Positions 59,032 through 64,000 of a stretch of 64,000 bases of DNA are shown here, one piece after another. Position 1 is the stretch's first letter. The number at the start of each line of letters is the position of its first letter. The DNA comes from Nitrospira sp. GTDB lineage: Bacteria; Nitrospirota; Nitrospiria; Nitrospirales; Nitrospiraceae. The position numbers and the translations under genes are program-made. Location of the stretch: assembly GCA_040081095.1 (NCBI GenBank), contig JBEBHO010000124.1, positions 4,641 to 68,640 on the forward strand, written 5' to 3'. The notes below the pieces were generated by a model. The model was not told the origin of the DNA and ran no database searches. It saw only the letters and a list, made by a program, of their open reading frames with translations.

Positions 59032-60342
59032 TTATTTCGACTCACACAACGTAGCAAGATGGCTCTCGATCAGATATTTTTCCAGCGCTAACGCCGCAAC
59101 CTTGTGACCTTCGGCGGTCCAGTGCATGTCATACTTAAAATAAAGCGGTGCGTCACCTTTATACGCACGAAATGCCGGAAACAAATCGACAAGCTCTATC
59201 CCAAGCTGCTTCGATCGCTGATAAATCGTGTCGAGGTATTTATCTGAAGCTGTCGCACCCTCCGGGATAAAGTTGTATCGTCCAGGCAGCCACTCCGTTT
59301 CACTTACCTGATGACCCCAGGGGTAAATCACCAATGCAAACGCCGTTGATCTTTCATCAGCAAGCTTCTTAATTTTTGCGATACTGCCAAAAATCTGGGC
59401 CCATTGCTCATCTCGATTGACCTTGTCTTCTGCGAGAGTGTATTTTAGAAGTTCAGGGTTAGCCCGAGTCACTACCCCCTGCACGGTAAGATCCTGGTAA
59501 CCCAGCCACTTATTTGTGTGAAAGAGCAGCAATCTAGTAAAGAACGTGTGTTGATCGATCCAGGATCGAATACGTTGGTTAAACAAAAGTGGCCGCTTTG
59601 ATCCTGGAACGCCGATGATCTCACCGGTCGAGTCGTAGACGGCCTCCTTCCTATAGGCCGCCTCCTGCAGCAGGTCACTCAAATCAAGATTTAGCAGGAC
59701 AAGATCAACCTCCAATGGAGCGAGATCTCCGGACAGCTGGAGATAAGAAAGGACAGGGGCGTAGCTGTCTACCCCGCCATTCAACACCTCGAACGTGGTG
59801 GATTCACATACTCTTTGCTGATTCAACGAAACTTCCAGAAGAGCGGAAAACGTTTGGTTGTCCTCCATCCCCTTTCCCATCGTAAAAGAATCTCCAAGCA
59901 TCAACACCCTGTAGTGATGCGAAAGCTTCTTGAACGAGCTATCTTTTCCCCGAATCCCCAAATTATTGACGTGTTGTATGTAGGAGAAATCTGGCTGTTC
60001 AAATCTAGAATCAGTATTTGGGACCAATTTGTGATGGCGAATCTTGTCCGGTGATAGCTCAGGGGAAAGTGGCTTTACGAGAAGTACCCCGGCAGCCAAA
60101 TCGACCACTACGAATGTCAAAACGACAGATAGCCCGACAAGCCAGACTCGAGTCACTACCTCATGAAATCGAGTCCCAAACGAGAACAGCGTTATTGTCA
60201 ACGCCAGCGCAAAAAACAAGAGGAGCGAAACGCCGAGAAGGGAAGAGGGGCCAAATTCTGACTGAACGAAATATCGTTCGTACGCTATCGCACCGGCTGT
60301 CGCGATCATGATAACGATTACGGTAAAAATAAGTTTCTTCAT
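59032..60342 (-). CDS. Membrane-anchored SGNH hydrolase/acyltransferase-like protein (AlgJ/AlgX-like)
   Basis: Three N-terminal TM segments; NNLGIR, LGDSFTMG, LNGGVDSY, YFKYDMHWTAEGH. Confidence 0.88.
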   Translation of the reverse strand: MKKLIFTVIVIMIATAGAIAYERYFVQSEFGPSSLLGVSLLLFFALALTITLFSFGTRFHEVVTRVWLVGLSVVLTFVVVDLAAGVLLVKPLSPELSPDKIRHHKLVPNTDSRFEQPDFSYIQHVNNLGIRGKDSSFKKLSHHYRVLMLGDSFTMGKGMEDNQTFSALLEVSLNQQRVCESTTFEVLNGGVDSYAPVLSYLQLSGDLAPLEVDLVLLNLDLSDLLQEAAYRKEAVYDSTGEIIGVPGSKRPLLFNQRIRSWIDQHTFFTRLLLFHTNKWLGYQDLTVQGVVTRANPELLKYTLAEDKVNRDEQWAQIFGSIAKIKKLADERSTAFALVIYPWGHQVSETEWLPGRYNFIPEGATASDKYLDTIYQRSKQLGIELVDLFPAFRAYKGDAPLYFKYDMHWTAEGHKVAALALEKYLIESHLATLCESK

Positions 60343-60443
60343 AGACCCTCCGGAACAGATTACAACAACAATGCAGATCCCGTCGCTGGATTATTCAAAT
60401 TGCCATAGTCATCAATACCGAGACGAGCAGTCGCCGGGTGTGC

Positions 60444-61094
60444 TTAGTCCAACTCAAACTGGTCCTCATGGCAGGTCGCCAATCTCTTGGATTGCTGCTC
60501 CTTGCAAAACAGACAATTGTCAACGGCGAGCACCTCAATGCCGGTGCCCATAAAACAACAGAAGGTGTCTTCCGGTGTGCATACAATCGGCTCGCCTCGC
60601 ACGTTGAAGCGGGCATTGACCACGACCGGAAATCGACGCCCCCCCCCAGGCCACTGCGGCCGGTCACCAGGATGTCCCATCACTACCCCCAACGGAGTAG
60701 GAATGGAGAGCTTCTCGGCCAGCACCAGCACTTCCACCTTATTGGCCGGACGGCTGAACATCTCCATCATTGGGAAGGGGGCCCGGCTGTACCGTTCAAC
60801 CATTTTCTCTATTCTCGACAACCACGGCTGTAGTGATTTCCGTAACCGGCAGCACAACATCAACGCCTTGCTCACGAACCATCCGCAGGAGGGACTCGAT
60901 AAACCAGGCACTATCCTGCGCGGGATCGGGATACGTGAAACTCTCGCGACAATAGCGCGACGCCTGAGCCAGCGACGGCTGGGCCTTTGCCCCAACGATG
61001 ATCGTGCGGACTTTACTCCCAAGCGAGCGGGTAATAGCGAGAGCCGGTCGAGTATCCCGTCCGTCACTAAGATCTTTAATGGATGCCTATTCAA
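60444..61094 (-). pseudogene. Chimeric pseudogene: ATP-grasp ligase 5' part fused to a carbamoyltransferase 3' tail
   Basis: Frame-corrected ILVTDGDTRPALAITRSLG...ASRYC...YPDP...DVVLPVTE...NKVEVLVLAEKLSIPTP...FPVVV, then NARFNVRGEPIVCTPED...FELD. Confidence 0.85.
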
Positions 61095-62146
61095 AACAAT
61101 CCCACAATTCTGGCAAGAAACAGCGGCCTGCTGTTCATGAGCCCCTCATGAATATTGATTCGCCGAACCGTGAAGCGGTCATCCTCACAACTGACAAAGC
61201 CCGGCTCTGTCGTGAAGGCGAGCCGGTACCCGGATTCCCGGACAAGCGTGGCCACATCCGAAGACCAATTCCCATTAGGGTAGCTGAATGTCGGAGTTTT
61301 TCCCTGAAGGTGACCGTCAATCACATCCTTTGCGGTGCAAATCTCGTCGCGTGCTTCGCTGGTTGATACAAGTGTAAGGATCCGATGCTCGGCACCGTGC
61401 CCCCCAAACGCGACTCCCTGCCGTGCCATGACCTTCACCTGCTCCCAATCTAAGAAGCCATCCAGGCCTTCTAGCTCCTCTACCCGAAGACTCAGCTCGT
61501 CGGCTAAGGTCACCAGCGTCGTCTTGATCACAGACAGGGCCAAGCCCTTTTGCCGTCTGACAGCTTCCATAATTGCAGGTCGCGGATCATGGTCCGAAAG
61601 ATCGAGCGTCGAGTCAAGGCACACCTCCGTAAGCAACTCGCGAAGACGCTCTCGCCGCCCTGGCTCACGCCTCACCTGCATCACAGCCTGCAACGTGAGA
61701 TGTGTGAGGTATTCCTGCCAGAAGAGCCGTCGGCTGCCGATGAAATTAACGGGGAGAAACACGACAGCCGGCAGTCCATACCGAGAGAGAATCGGCAGCG
61801 CATGAGTGAAGTTATCCCTCCACCCGTCATCGAACGTAATCAGACAGGACGCATCGTCAAATGGAACTTTCCGCTCCATCCTATCGGTGAACTCCTCGAC
61901 CGAAAGGACCCTGAATCGACTCTTCAGCATAGCCATCTGCTTCTCGAAGGCCTCGCAATCAACAACAATCCCAGGGTGAGACCCGGTTACGGCTCTCTCT
62001 TCGCGGGTTAACACCCTGTGATACATGAGGACGACGGCTTTCCTCCGCAAGACAATGAATTGCCAGAGCTGCAGCGCCCCCAGCCCATAAAGCAGGTGAG
62101 CTGCCGCGAACTTGATGGCAAACTTAAGCCGTTCCCCCACCGTCAT
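61091..62146 (-). CDS. Polysaccharide deacetylase (NodB homology)
   Basis: LMYHRV, ITFDDGW, GGHGAEH, FSYPNG, AFTT, RINI. Confidence 0.93.
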   Translation of the reverse strand: MTVGERLKFAIKFAAAHLLYGLGALQLWQFIVLRRKAVVLMYHRVLTREERAVTGSHPGIVVDCEAFEKQMAMLKSRFRVLSVEEFTDRMERKVPFDDASCLITFDDGWRDNFTHALPILSRYGLPAVVFLPVNFIGSRRLFWQEYLTHLTLQAVMQVRREPGRRERLRELLTEVCLDSTLDLSDHDPRPAIMEAVRRQKGLALSVIKTTLVTLADELSLRVEELEGLDGFLDWEQVKVMARQGVAFGGHGAEHRILTLVSTSEARDEICTAKDVIDGHLQGKTPTFSYPNGNWSSDVATLVRESGYRLAFTTEPGFVSCEDDRFTVRRINIHEGLMNSRPLFLARIVGLF

Positions 62147-63054
62147 CCCGCATTCCCTTCCAATTGATCTAGTGCCAATTTAGCAGAGCGCCCCCAACGA
62201 TCAGCCGCGTTTCGTTCAATTTGACGCTTCAGATAGTCGGCTGCACGGTCCCGATCACCCGTCTTCATATAAGCCACACCAAGATGAAGATCGATACAAT
62301 ACATACTGGACTTCATCGACTTCGCCCGCTCAAGAAATGCCAGCCCCTCGCGAGGCCGCCCAGCCTGAACCACTATCCACCCATAGGTATCTACAATATC
62401 AGGATTGTCCGGGTCCATCGCGAACGCTCGAGCAGCATACCCCTCTGCCTCGAAGGGGTCTGCATTCAAAAACTCGATGTCCAGCCATGCAATCGCATTG
62501 TACAGTTCCGCAGACTGAAAACCACTCTCCACTGCCAGCATGTATTCAGCCCTGGCTCGCTGGTAGTCGTGCTCCCGCTCATACACCATTCCACGATTGA
62601 AGTGTTTGAGATCATGGTACGTCTGCAAAGTCACTGCTGCGACCGGCAACAGAAGGAGCACCACAATCGCAATGGTACGGCCCATGCCCAATCGCCTCGC
62701 CGAGACCACCGTCAACCCGACCAATACGCCAGCAGCATCCGCCACCAGATCGCCGTATTCTGCCGTACGCCCCATACCAAGCAGAGCCTGTTGCACCTCA
62801 TCAGCGACTGAGATGAGAAGGGAAAGGCATACTGCGACGCACAACTTCTCCCTTTCTTGACGTGGCCACGCGCGACCGCGCATCACACCATACGCCATCA
62901 AGAACACTGCCGTGAATGCAAAAAAATGAGTCGGTTTATCCAGGCCAGGAAACTGAATCCACACCTTCGAAAGCGTTCCCGCCACAACGTTCGGCAATAT
63001 CAACAACGCGGCCAGCATCAAAAGACCCATCCACCAAGGGATTCCCCTTCTCAT
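62143..63054 (-). CDS. VanZ-family membrane protein fused to TPR repeats
   Basis: DKPTHFFAF, DEVQQ...GRTAEYGDLVAD (VanZ), then TPRs including NPDIVDTYGW. Confidence 0.85.
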   Translation of the reverse strand: MRRGIPWWMGLLMLAALLILPNVVAGTLSKVWIQFPGLDKPTHFFAFTAVFLMAYGVMRGRAWPRQEREKLCVAVCLSLLISVADEVQQALLGMGRTAEYGDLVADAAGVLVGLTVVSARRLGMGRTIAIVVLLLLPVAAVTLQTYHDLKHFNRGMVYEREHDYQRARAEYMLAVESGFQSAELYNAIAWLDIEFLNADPFEAEGYAARAFAMDPDNPDIVDTYGWIVVQAGRPREGLAFLERAKSMKSSMYCIDLHLGVAYMKTGDRDRAADYLKRQIERNAADRWGRSAKLALDQLEGNAG

Positions 63055-63136
63055 GCGAGCAACGATCGCCCCTACCCCGAGCCGGCATGAACCGTCTTCT
63101 GACTCGAGGCGGGACTGAATCCACAGTCTGGTTTTC

Positions 63137-64000
63137 TTACTCAGAAACACACCTGTCCGTCCTCTTCGCGAAACTCCTGAACATCTGTTGTGCACGACTC
63201 ATGGCAAATTGATGAAGATCTCCACTGAGGCACAGAAGCCCGTGGAGGGACGTCGGGTACAACACCAATGAGCTCAACGCATGGCGATGGCGTGGCCACA
63301 TAGACTGCCATGGCTCCTCGGACCCGAGAAACTCATAGGCCTCAAGTCCTTGCTCGAATGCGTAGCGGATGGTCTCCATCGTCAGCTGAATTCCAGGAGA
63401 ACATCGTGCCCATTTCTCGTCATACCCAATTTTAAGCACCCAAAACCGTTGTGAGTCTTGAATACCGAGGATCGTGGCGATCGCCCCTCCCTGCACCTCC
63501 AGGAAACAGACACGAAGCGCCCCGCGATCACAGGCCATCTCACTGTACGCGGCAATGAACGTTCGCACGCGCTGGTTGACAAGAAGCGCAGAGCCCGATC
63601 GTGCTTTCCAACCGGCCCCTTCAATTCTCAAGACTTCCTCAAGCAAATGCGGAAGGTCAGCTCGGGAGCTGGGGCGCTCGACCCTAACAACCACCTGGCC
63701 TAGCCGCTCCATTCGCTTGCGCTTTCGCTGATAGTCGTAGCGGCGTTGCCCTGAAATCGACCGAAAGTAGTCTTGCCAGCCTCCCTCGATGCAGACATAT
63801 GAAGCACTCGCGGTCTTTCGACTGAGAACCACTCCTCGATAGCGAGTCAGCTCACGAAAAGTGGCTTCGATCGGAGACTCGGCGGAAATCCTGGCAAGCA
63901 CCGTCGGCATTCGAAGACTGACTATTTTGCGGACTAAGTGCTGAAGCGACTCTACACCGTCGTAGAGAAATCCTGCCGGTTCGTAGAGCACCGACACCCC
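63137..64000 (-). CDS. GNAT-fold CelD/BcsL-like N-acyltransferase (5' end outside window)
   Basis: WQDYF...RKRKRMERLG, IEGAGWK, LKIGYDEKWARCSPGIQL, YEFLG-EEPWQ-W. Confidence 0.88.
   Translation of the reverse strand, partial: GVSVLYEPAGFLYDGVESLQHLVRKIVSLRMPTVLARISAESPIEATFRELTRYRGVVLSRKTASASYVCIEGGWQDYFRSISGQRRYDYQRKRKRMERLGQVVVRVERPSSRADLPHLLEEVLRIEGAGWKARSGSALLVNQRVRTFIAAYSEMACDRGALRVCFLEVQGGAIATILGIQDSQRFWVLKIGYDEKWARCSPGIQLTMETIRYAFEQGLEAYEFLGSEEPWQSMWPRHRHALSSLVLYPTSLHGLLCLSGDLHQFAMSRAQQMFRSFAKRTDRCVSE

Noticed and set aside
62143-63054. Glycopeptide resistance locus (vanZ)
   Set aside because: VanZ-like domains are common in EPS loci; no vanHAX or vanRS genes.
1-64000. tRNA, rRNA, prophage or integron features
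   Set aside because: None recognised by eye; tRNAscan and Infernal were not run.

Overview
A ~56% GC bacterial window; gene content and one repeat suggest Nitrospira or a relative (inference, not verified). It has three parts. (1) 1-8458, minus strand: a type II secretion/T4P-like operon (GspE, GspF, LysM lipoprotein, two pseudopilins, TPR-secretin with a cohesin-like tail) preceded by a UDP-sugar dehydrogenase. (2) 9255-27644: an IS-riddled region of exported proteins. These are a 6xBACON+Fn3 stalk, a frameshifted PEP-CTERM protein, a 1521-aa 28-blade beta-propeller lipoprotein and a beta-sandwich protein ending in a lone PxxPxxL strand. The region also holds a carbamoyltransferase-SxtJ-SxtK trio, a GT25 and a destroyed PrsR-like regulator. 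Three of the exported-protein genes have sigma-54-type promoter candidates. (3) 27787-64000, minus strand: a large PEP-CTERM/exosortase-A-type exopolysaccharide locus with flippase, ligase/polymerase, six GTs and many tailoring enzymes. The most intriguing hypothesis is a split-Fn3 (donor-strand) docking system. The BACON stalk's terminal Fn3 lacks its first strand, and a nearby secreted protein ends in exactly such a strand. Several deletion scars, frameshifts and IS remnants are hidden from the ORF track.
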